From positions 96,001 through 160,000 of the forward strand of contig CM000429.1 of NCBI GenBank assembly GCA_000165345.1: DNA of 64,000 bases, read 5' to 3'. This document shows positions 32,464 to 43,600 of this stretch, in pieces. The first letter of the stretch is position 1. Each line of letters starts with the position of its first letter. The position numbers and the translations under genes are program-made. The notes under the pieces are model-generated. The model saw nothing but the letters and a program-made list of their open reading frames with translations, made no database searches and had not been told where the DNA came from.

Positions 32464-34003
32464 ATATGTACATATAATATATTATAAATTGTTTTTGTCG
32501 TTATTTTCTTTCGTTTTTCCTTTAAATCATAAATTAACCACAGCTTTACGTGAGATTTACCCAGTAACTTGTATTATTATTTTAATGTTATTCTTAATTT
32601 ATATTTAAACTCTGTAGAATTTAAGTTTTCAATATTATTAAAAAAAATTGAAGAAAACTGTTGTTTTCCTAATAGTAAGCCAATAAAATTATTATTTTAA
32701 TCCAGAAAAAAAGAAAACACACAGAATTTCTTTATCTCTGTCTTTCTCTCTAAATAAATAAACTTGTTCACTAAAATAACAATTTTACAATATTTCTTAA
32801 TTTGTTTCGTATTTAATCCTCAACTCTTCGCATCAGCGCCCCCCAACCGCCATTTAATCATTATGCCTCATTTTTTTTCTACTAAGCAAATGAATACTTA
32901 GATCTAAACTTACCCTCAAATTGAAAATTATTATTATTTTTTTTATAACTTTTATATTAACTCAATTGAAAGTAAAAAAGCACTTTCCAATACGCTTTTC
33001 TCTTAATCTGTATATCAAATTAATTAATAATCCTCTTAATTCTTTTAATTCATTATTTTTTCCAGGATTATCTTTAGCTATAAAAAAGCTATTATTTTTA
33101 AGCTTTAATATTATTATTCTGCCCATATCACTTTAAATAAGTCCAAAACGAAAACAAATGAGCATAAAAACTGCACCAATCCACCCTCATTTCTCTCTAA
33201 AAGTTACAATTTACTTGAAATTTGTAACTCGAATTTTTGACTCTTCTTAACACACTTTCTGAGAAATTTACTCTTAAAATAAAAATTATAATTTAAACTT
33301 TTCTTGATTTTGTTTACACGTAATATTAATATTTTTTTCTTATTAACTGAATTATTTTCTCAAAATTGCTTGCATGCATTTGCCCCTCACTTTTAAAACC
33401 TCGTCATGCACATTCTTATATACCGGTGTCGCAGTTTTTTATGTGGACAATTTTTTGGCTCAATTGCAATGCATGCAATTTCGAGAAAATCAAATTTGAA
33501 TAAAAGAAATAATTAATATTTCTGGATGGAGAGGGAAAACAAAAAAAAAAGAAGAAACAAAGAGTTCCTCAAGTGTAAAGTTAAAATCAAAATAAAATGT
33601 AACAGAAGCGATAACTATATCATCTATTTTAATATTACAGTAGTCACATAATTTAAACTTGAATAATAATTTAATAAGAAAAAAAGGTAAGTATTACTTT
33701 TTTTGTGTTGAATAAATATGCCAAATTCGTATTTGTATTTTAATAAGAGCAAAAATCAATCCATTTTTCTATTTTCTAGATTCTTCCCTTGACTCTTTCC
33801 TACACTTTATTCATTTATTCTCTTGAATTACTATAAAATTAATCTCTATTATGTCCAAATATAAGCATCTCATATTCAGAAATATAAAGAATTACTAATA
33901 TTTGGAAATTATTAAAGTAGTTGGCTTTTTTTGCTCTGATAATGTGAATATGAATATAAATGCACAGTGGTAGGAATAAATCAAAACAACAAATACAAAT
34001 TAC

Positions 34004-36611
34004 TTAGAAATTAGCAAAAAGAGGGTCTCTTTGAGCTTGCTTTTGTCCAGGAACTGAGGAGAATAAAGCAGCCTTTGCTGAACTGGGATTATTCATATTT
34101 GGATTCTGCATTTGAGAAGATCCTCCTCCAATATTCCCACCAGCTCCACCATTACCACTGCCAGAAGATAATAATTGTTGGTTAGGCATAGATTGTTGAT
34201 TATTTCTAAAATTGTTCTGAGATTGGGAATGCTGCATTTGCTGCTGTCTCATATTTCCTGCTCCAGGTTGACCTCCTCCAGAGAGTTGCATCTTTTGATT
34301 GAAGTTATTCTGCATTTGCTGCAAATCATTATCATATTGCTCATCAAAGTCATTGTTAGTTAAAGCCGCAATATTAGGATCTCTTTGGAGTATTGTTGAA
34401 GCCTTTTTCAAAGTATTCAACTGATTCACCAAAGCCTTACGTTCTTCAACAATATGATTTGGTTCATTTAACAAATCAGAAAGTCTTTCAGCTTTATTAA
34501 ATTCATTATACAATTGAAATTGTAACTTATCCATAATTTGTCTAACTAAAAAGTGACCAATGATCTTTGGAACAGAATCACGAATATTTCTCACAACTAT
34601 TGAAAAGTAAGAATCAAGTCTTTTTCTTATTTCCTTCAAGAATACTTGAGAATATCTAGTTTTCCTCTTATTATTATCTTTATTTTGAGAAAAAGGATCT
34701 TGTGACCACAAATTGGCAGACAAAGAGTTAGTCATACTCCCCACTGTCTGTTGAACCTGACTAAATATTTGTGAAGTCTTTGTTTGCTCTTTTTGTATTG
34801 GTTGTCCATCTGACCCCACTTGCATCATATTCGGGTCTTGCATGCCATTGGCGCCCATCTGACCAGCTCTGGCGCCGGCGGCATTTGGATCGTTTGGATT
34901 ACCTTGTGAGTTATTGTTAATTACACTTCCATGTTCAGTTAAATATTTTGAATCATTTGTGAAAAGATAGCCAGTCTCAGCTTCAACCAATTGTTCAAGA
35001 ATTGTCTTTGTATTTTCTTTCTCTTGTAGTAGAATCTCTTGGCTTCTATCTAGTATTTGATCTGAAAGTTTTGGAAATCTACTAAAGACCTTATGTGCAA
35101 CCTTTTGACTAACATTCTCCAAAGCTGAAGTAACCTTGTCCAAACATTCCATAACAGGAGCTTGAATTTTTCTTAAATGAGGTAAAATTAAGTATTCAAA
35201 CATATCAGGAGAAGGAAAACCAGGCATTGAATCTCCTTCATGCATTCTTATTGCAGCATCAATGTCATAATCTGTGAGTTCTGAAGTTACATCATTTTCA
35301 GTATACTCATCTAAAAGTTCATTAAAAATTACTCTTATTTGAGCCCCACTTGACATTCCACCATCACTTCCATGGTCAAAATAAGTTTGAAGTCTCTTAT
35401 CATATTTTCCACGGATTGTATTCTTAATCATCTCACAATAATCTGTTATCATTGCCCACATTAATTGAGTCCTATCGCTGCTTTCTAAAGGTACTGACTG
35501 TCCAAACTCATCTAATCTTGATGATAAAGTTCTAATTCTTGCATTGATTTCTCTTCTAATATCTGGTAAGAAAGTTCTAATATGTTTGAATAAAACTTTT
35601 GTCAACTTTGAAACTAGATTCTTTGTACCAACTAATTCTGGTGAAAGATTTCTATAAACTGGATGTGTTGAAAAGAATGTTGCTTCATCCTCTAAAGCAT
35701 CTTTTATCGATTTCCCCGCCTTTAAATCTGCTGAACTTCTATTCTTCACACCTGTATACCCTAATCTCAACGGAACTTCATCTCCATGAAGCATTTTTGA
35801 AGCGTCTGTACCTCTATCCATTAAGTCTATCTTAGTTACAACACCAATAGTTCTCAAACCTTTAGGATCCACTCTTCTAGAAAGTTGAAGAGCATCAGAA
35901 GTTGACATATCAGCATTAGCTGGAATTACCGCTAGAATGATTGTCCTTGGATCTCTTGCATATCTTATTGCCATATCTCTAGTCAATTGTTCAATATTAT
36001 CACATTGATCACTACCTTTTAATGGTACCCTTGTAATACCTGGTAAATCTATTAAAGTTAAATCAGGGCATTGGGTACCATAAATTGTTAATATTATTGG
36101 ATCATCTACAATACCTTTATTTTTCCCTGCTACTTCATCAGTAAGACGGTCAATTTCTTCTCTAACTTTCTCAAAGTCTGTGAATTTCTTATTCTTATCT
36201 TTTTCAAATACTACATAAGCTTCATCAATTCCATTTTTACTTGGAATATGTACTAGACGCATTTCAACAGGACGTCTGGTTACTATTCCTTCTCCTCTAG
36301 GTAGAAAATCGAATCCAACTACAGATTCTAATACACTTGATTTTCCTGAACTTTGTGTACCAACAACACAAATCCTAGGGAGATTAATGTACTGTTGTAG
36401 TCCCACATCTCTGAGTTCATCCTAGAATTTTAATTAATTAATTAATAATAGTTATTATTGTTAAATATTTGCACGCATGCATGCAATTTTAAATGTGGGG
36501 TTTAGAATTCAGTTTAAATTCATCCACATTTCATCTTCTTTTTTTTTTAGAAGAAAATTATTAATACAAACTTACCACCAGGCTAATTAGTTTTCTCAAG
36601 TTTTGGTACAT
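34004..36611 (-). CDS. dynamin-related GTPase (817 aa), two exons: join(36611..36576, 36421..34004)
   Basis: G1 to G4 motifs GTQSSGKSSVLE, DLPGITRVP, TKID. The first codon of the track ORF is GTG at 36406. A 12-codon upstream exon MYQNLRKLISLV | GTAAGT (donor 36575) joins at acceptor ttctAG (36422), giving MYQNLRKLISLVDELRDVGLQQYINLPRICVVGTQSSGKSSVLE. This matches the dynamin/Drp1 N-terminus (LIPVINKLQDVFNTVG...LPQIVVVGTQSSGKSSVLE). Q/N/G-rich C-terminal region. Confidence 0.85.
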
Positions 36612-37645
36612 TTCCAAATTAATTTAACATCAATTTGCTTAATTTCTTGATTTATTAACTTTTAGAATTTATTATTATATATATCTTATGCTAACTTAAA
36701 TCCTATTTCTACTAATATCTCATTAATTGTCAAAAAATGCTTTTTTTTTTTAAGCTTAATTATTTTCACAGATTCTTCGAATTATTATTTATTTGTTTGC
36801 CAATATATTTATATTTTAATTTAAATATATATCTATCTATATTTATTATTGTTAATTGAATTTATTATTAAAGACAAATACTTGGGCATAGTATACGTAT
36901 TCTCCCTCATATGTTTATCAGTATAATGCAATAAAATAACATTTTACAAAAAAAAAATTCTCAAACTTGCAAGAATTTGACATATAATTTTTTTTCTTCA
37001 CCTTCATAATTTCAAACATTAAAACCTTAATTAAATTATCCTTTTTTTTATAAATGAAATATCAATTCTAACTATTTTCTGTCTCCCCCCCTCTTCCTCT
37101 TTTTTGATATATTAATATTTTTTTGACTATTCACCCCCATCTCCCTCTAACTCATTTTTTTAGGCTTTAATGATAATTAAAGAAACCATTGAAGGAAAAA
37201 AACCAAGTTAAAATGTTCAAAATATATATGTAAATAAATATATTTTAATTATCTTTTCTTTTTCATGATATCTTATTGTCATTTCTCTTTTTAGAAACAT
37301 TAAAAAACATTTCCACATAATTATTGCATGCAATGGCGGGAACTTGAATAATAGGTATTGCCTTTAAGCGGGAACTTTTCTGAATAATTAAAGGAAATAC
37401 ATGCATTTAAAATAGATGAAAGAAAGAAATTATGATAGGGAAGTAAGAAACATGTATAAAAGATAATAGAAAATTAGTTAAAAATTTAAAGTAGCTATTT
37501 TATGATTAAACTTTAAGATATATTTAATTCTTATATTTAAAAAAAAATTCTTGGAATAAGAATTAATAATTTATATTAAAAATGAATAATATACTCTGTA
37601 TATATAATAAATAAATAATAAACAAATGAGATTTTAAGTTACTTA

Positions 37646-40600
37646 TTAAATATCAGCTTCTTCAGCTTCTTTATTAATATCATCTATTTGTTGTTGTATT
37701 TCTTGGTTGAGAATTTTATCTTCAGTAGTTTTTTTTGCCCTCTGACCAAAATCACGTTGCAAAAAGTCGTCAGAATCACTTTGGTAGTCTCCTTCATCTG
37801 TAGTTATATCAATATTTGTGCTAGGTTGTTGGTTTAAATCAGAAGGATATCCTGAAGTGATAGTTTGCCCTGGAGCTTGTGGGGGTGTTGGTGGCGTTGG
37901 TGTTGGAGTTGGTGGAAGTGTTGGTGGTGGAAGTGTTGGTGGTGGAAGTGTTGGTGGTGGAAGTGTTGGTGGTGGAAGTGTTGGTGGTGGAATTGTTGGT
38001 GTTGAAATTGGTGTTGGTGGAAGTGTTGGTGGTGGAATTGTTGGTGCTTTTGGAGTTGGTGGGAGTGGTGGGAGTGGTGGGAGTGGTGGGAGTTTCGGTA
38101 GTGTTGGAGATGGTGGAGATGAAGGAGATGGTGGAGTTGGTGGGAGTGTTGGAAGTGTTGGTGTTGAAATTGTTGGTGTTGAAATTGGTGTTGGAGCTGG
38201 TGGAGTTCCTGCAGGACCCGATATTACCGAAGCTCCTTGTTGTATTGGTGAAGCTGGCTTTAAGCCTGATGATGTAGTTGCCCCTGAATGACGCATTTCC
38301 TTTTCCTTTTCAAGAGCTTCTTCATGTGCCTTATTTAAATCAACACTGCTTGAATCGGTTAAAATTCCTTTAATATCATCTCCTTCTCCGCCAAGCTCTT
38401 CCAATAACTTATCTTCAACCTCTTCAGGGGTAGGAGATAATGGGCTTGGAAGTGTTGGAGATGGAACTCCTGGGGCTGTTGGAGGTGGTGAAGACGGAAA
38501 TGCTGGCATTGGCGGAGCTGGTGGAGATGGTGAAAGTGTTGGAATTGGAGGCGGTGGAGGTTGGTATTCAGGTTTTGGCGGAATTGGTGAGGATGATGGT
38601 GGTGTTGGAATTGGAGACGATGGAAGTGGGTATCCAGGCATTGGTGGAGATGGTGGAGGGAATAATGGTGGTGCTGGCACTGGCGGAGGTGGTGGGGAAA
38701 ATGATGGTGGTGTTGGAATTGGAGACGATGGAGGTGAGCGTCCAGGCATTGGTGGAGATGGTGGAGGGAATGATGGTGGTGCTGGTGCTGGCACTGACGG
38801 AGGTGGTGGGGAAAATGGTGGTGTTGGAATTGGAGTCCCTGCAATTGGCGAAACTTCTGCAGGTGAAGCAACTCCTGAAACTTGTGAAGCTGGAACCGTT
38901 GGACTTCCTGCAGCAATTGGAGTCCCTGCAACCGTTGGACTCTCTGGAGTCATTGGAGATCCTGTAGCAATTGGAGTTCCTGTAGCCGTTGGACTTTCTG
39001 GAACTGATGAAGAAATTTGAGTTTCTGGAATTTCTAAAGTAGGCTTTGATTCTTTAACTAAAGAAGTACCCAATTTTTTTCCAAGCCCTAATCTTCTTTT
39101 CTTTCCGTTTGTTTTTGCTTTTTGCTTTTTATCACTCCTTGACTTCTTTCTGCCTGCTCCCTTTTTCCCATGCTTTCTAGAAGCAACTCCTTTACCTTGC
39201 TCTGCATCTGATGACAACTCCGAGCTTGAATATTCTTTGTTCCCAGTCTTCTGTATTCTAGACCTTAGTCTATCCAATACCTTTCTTTTTTTCAATTCCT
39301 TTTGTTTAGACCATCTTTTCTTGAATTTCTCTTGTTTCATCTCACTAATTATACTATTTGCAACCAAATCTATTATACTTTCGCTTGAACCTTCTGTTTT
39401 ATTATCTTCTAACTCCGCATTTTCTTTACCTACTTCTCCTTTTTTCCTATCCATCTCTTCTTTAATGGCGTTTTCCTTTTCTTTAGTTAAATCCAAACTA
39501 CTTGCACTTGTGTCAATTCCTTTAATATCATCACCTTCTCCTCCTAATTCTTCTAACAACTTTTCCTCTGATTCCCTTGCTGACTTTTCTGAACCCTCAA
39601 CTCTCACTGTAACTTCTCCTTTAGGTATTTTTCCTTTCTTCTCCTTGTACTTCTCTTCTTTGATGGCTTTCTCCTTTTCTTTAGTTAAATCCAAACTACT
39701 TAAACTTGTTTCAACTCCTTTAATATCGTCACCTTCTCCTCCAAACTTTCTCAATAATTCATCCTCAGACCCCTTACTTCCCTTCTTAATTCCTTTCTTA
39801 CTTCCCTTTTTACCTTCCTTCGGCCTTCTTGATATTGTAATTCCTCTCTTGGTCTTCTCCTTCTTGGTAGCTTTCTCCTTTTCTTTAGTTAAATCCAAGC
39901 TACTTGCACTTGTGTCAATTCCTTTAATATCATCACCTTCTCCTCCTAATTCTTCTAACAATCTTTCCTCTGATTCTCCTGTAGAGCCTTGTAAATAATC
40001 CCAAGTCTCATGTCTCTCAATCCTTGCCTTTTCCTTATTTATTCTCCTCATCCTATCTTCTTCCATCTTCTTCCTTCTATTAGAATCCAAAAGAGATTTT
40101 CTTAGTCTTGTTCTCGGCCAAGAAAACAATAATTTCCTTTTCAAAAACTTAATGGATTCCTCCATTCGTTGATTGTAGTATTTCTTTAATTGAATTGCTT
40201 CTTTAACATAAACAGAAATCTCCTCCCTTAGTTTCGTCCTAGCACTTGATATATTCTTACTCTTCTTTTGACCAGAAAGTGCTTTAAACTGTTCCAATTT
40301 ATCGCTTAATTCCGATCTTAATTTTATCATCTTCGCTCTAACACTTTCTGATTCTCTTTCATTCGTACTTGGACCAGTTGCTATCTCCCTATCCAAAATC
40401 ATTATTGCGTTGGAAATCCTGGAAATCATTAAAGAACCAGAAGGCCCTTGCTCATTTCCTGAACTGTCTGAATCACTAGTCAAATCAAAACTACCTATTT
40501 CTGAATCTCTACTTGCGTCACTTGTTTGAACATCGCTTGTATCTGTCATAAAACTATCCAAGTTTAATCCAGGAACAATGTTTTTCATTGTATTTAATAC

Positions 40601-43600
40601 CTCACTAAATTGCTCCTTCTGCTCTTCAAATTTCTTCTTCATATCACTAAAACGAGAAACAGCTAACCCTAATAACTTTATCTTTGTTGAAATCTTCTTT
40701 TCTAACTTTCTAATCCTAATATTATAAGCAGAAGTTCTTGCCCTCTCTCTCATTCTTGAACTGCTCTCTTCCGTTTCTTCAGTTACTATTACATTCAAAG
40801 AGTTTAATCTACTATTCAATAATTCTCTTGTATTCGATAATAAATACATATCAGAGTTTATTCTTTCTGTCGTTCCAATATATTCTGATAATTTTGCTAA
40901 TATCTTAGCTTGTCTTCTTGCCATTACCTGACATTTCTTTAAAATCTCTGAATTCAGCAGTGTATTGCTTCCAACTAGAGTAAGTGATAAGATTGCTAGT
41001 AAAGACTTGATTCCAGCTTCCAAACCATCAATATTTGTCTCAAAAACTTCCAATAATAATTTAGTTGAGACCAATAATTCGTTAGAAAGTGCAACACAGT
41101 GAACTCCTGCTCGAATAATATCATCTTGATAAGCAACTTCCTCTTCAAATCTTAACCTATCAAGATTTATTTGGCACTTATAGTAGTCCATAAGACTCTC
41201 TAATTTGTTCTCTTGTTGAACTGCTGTATTTAATGTTGAGTATTCACTTTCAAGCAAAACTTCATGTGACAATAATATCAACTTTTCCAAAGATAAAATC
41301 ATCAAAAAGTATGTTTGATTAACCCTGTAATAAATTAAAGTTTGATTAAACAATTCCAAGTTCCTTTTCAGCAATGACTCGTAACTACTTGCCATGACGT
41401 ATCGATTCATCTTTGCTTCACTCAAATTCATATCCTCCTTTCTTAAATTGACCATGATACCCTGACATTTCTTCTCAAGCCTACGATACTTTTTAAATTC
41501 TCCCTGTATTTTCTTCAATAAATCCTTGTAACTTTCAGAATCCATTTTATTCTTACTCTTTTGCTTAGATATCTCACCTTTCAACAAAGAGTAAAAAGAC
41601 TTCTTTGCTTTGCTTAATTCAGTCTTGCATTTCTTATATTTATTATGTATATTCTTTCTTACTTTATTTATTTTATCCAATTTCCTTTTAAAGTTCTTTC
41701 TAATTATTCTAGATTCAATCTCAAGTCCTTTTGTTACCATAATTGATCCTGTTAACTTCTTAAGACATTCTTGATATTGAGCTGTCAATCTCACTACGTC
41801 CGATAAAATACCCTTTGCGTCATCTAAACGATTTGTATTTACAATATCTGATAGCAGACCTTCTTTTAAATCAAGCATTCTATATAAACTACTTTGATAA
41901 GACATACACTCAGACCTCAAATTCTTTATCTTAGAACCTTCCAACTTCAATGAATGGAATATAGCAGCATAATCATTTTCTTCATTTATGTACCCAAATC
42001 TCTCTTCATCACTGCTAGCCATTATTTGTGTGCTTCTCTCACCGATAGAAGAGCTTTTTTCCAACTCAAATTCCTCTTGAAGGAAGAAATTAGATGTGAA
42101 TGGAAATGTTGGTCCAACTGTACTCTTTATTAAATTCTCTTCAAACTGTAATTCCGTAGGTGTTTCTAAAGCAGGAGGTTTATCTTGTGCTGGCTTTTTC
42201 TTCTTGGGCTTTGACGAGGAAGCAGGTTTAGTCTTTCTTTTCGGAGTAATATTTGATAATTGTATCAATTCTTGTCGTAAATAGAAGGGAATCTTCATAC
42301 CAGCTGGGCTGAAAGCTGAAGGTGCAGAGTGAATTTTGGCTGATAATAATCTCTTACGAGCTTTACTTCCAATAGGGAAAGCTCCAGTAGAAGATCTAAC
42401 TTTAGATTGTCCATATCGTGAATGTGAATCTAATAATGGATGTTTTTGACTTGACATTTTCTTTAACATTTTAACCCTCCTGGCAATAAGAGCACTCTTA
42501 ATCTTTAACTCTCTTTCAGTCTTAGGCTTTCTCTTAAGCTTTAATTTCTCAAGTAAAGCAAGCTTTCTAACAACACGAGCTGATCTTTTCTTGGAAACTG
42601 TTTTAAGGTTTGGAACATTTGTAATTAGAGAAAGTTCTAGTTTAGTACCAAAACTAGCCAAAAACGACTCATCTAAACGATCACTTTTAGTCTTCATTGC
42701 TCCCAATATCTTATTTGAAATACTCTTGGACTTGGATTTTCTCCATTTATTTAGAATTTCTAATCTTAATACGGATGAAAAAAATATAGGACGAGTATCA
42801 TCCGAGGTTGGAGCAACAAACATTTCTTGTAACTTTTGGATCTCCTTATATTTCTCAGAATTTAACTTTTTGAGTTTGTTATTTAAGATTTGTCTAGATG
42901 TTTGAATGCCTTCAATGAACTCGCCTTCAATATTGAATAAGTTTGGGATTGGTCCAGAATGTGATGGGATATCTGTTGGACTTTGGGAAGGAAATAAATA
43001 GGTATGTTTATTAAGTGCGTCCAGCATAGCATCGGTTTTGGCTTGTACATTACCCCCATCCAACAATTTCTGATTTTGGGAAAGAGGATAAGTCAAGTAA
43101 TCTCTTTGTCCTGGAACTTTGGAAAAGATATAACTTCCATCCAATTTATCAGAGTTGATTTCAAAGTATTTCTCGGCGTTATAAATTTCGTTTTCAACTG
43201 AACTTATTATAACCAATGGATCCAAAGAACATGCAACTTTTGATGTTGCAATTACCTGTTTGACAATACCAGTATGCATTGAGAATATATTTATCTTAAT
43301 TGGATCCCTATTCTTGAGCTCTGCAGTGAATTCTATGGTAACTGTTCCCAAAAGAGTCTCAGCTCCCTCTTCTCCACTAACAAACATCCCTGCAATAACA
43401 AACATCTCGACAGAATACTTCATTAAGGAAGAAGTATAGATGTTATAATCATCTAATTCACCAAACTTTCCAAACAAATACAAAAATTCTCTGGAAAGAA
43501 GATATCTAATATCTCCATAGCGATACATAGAAACCATTCTAATTACATCCAAACTCAGAAAATCCAAATTCCATGGTCTTGGACCGAATATCTGGATCTC

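Noticed and set aside
36404-36406. GTG as the dynamin start codon (as implied by the ORF track)
   Set aside because: Non-ATG initiation is unnecessary. An upstream 12-codon ATG exon splices in frame and restores the conserved dynamin N-terminus.
37818-39998. Plus-strand ORFs 37818..38291, 37879..38277, 38440..38967, 39237..39998 and the His-rich minus ORF 38359..38931
   Set aside because: They are off-frame or antisense translations of the Pro-rich and repeat regions of the 2527-aa minus-strand gene. Gly/Val or His runs are what GGTGG/CCACC repeats give in other frames. They are not independent genes.
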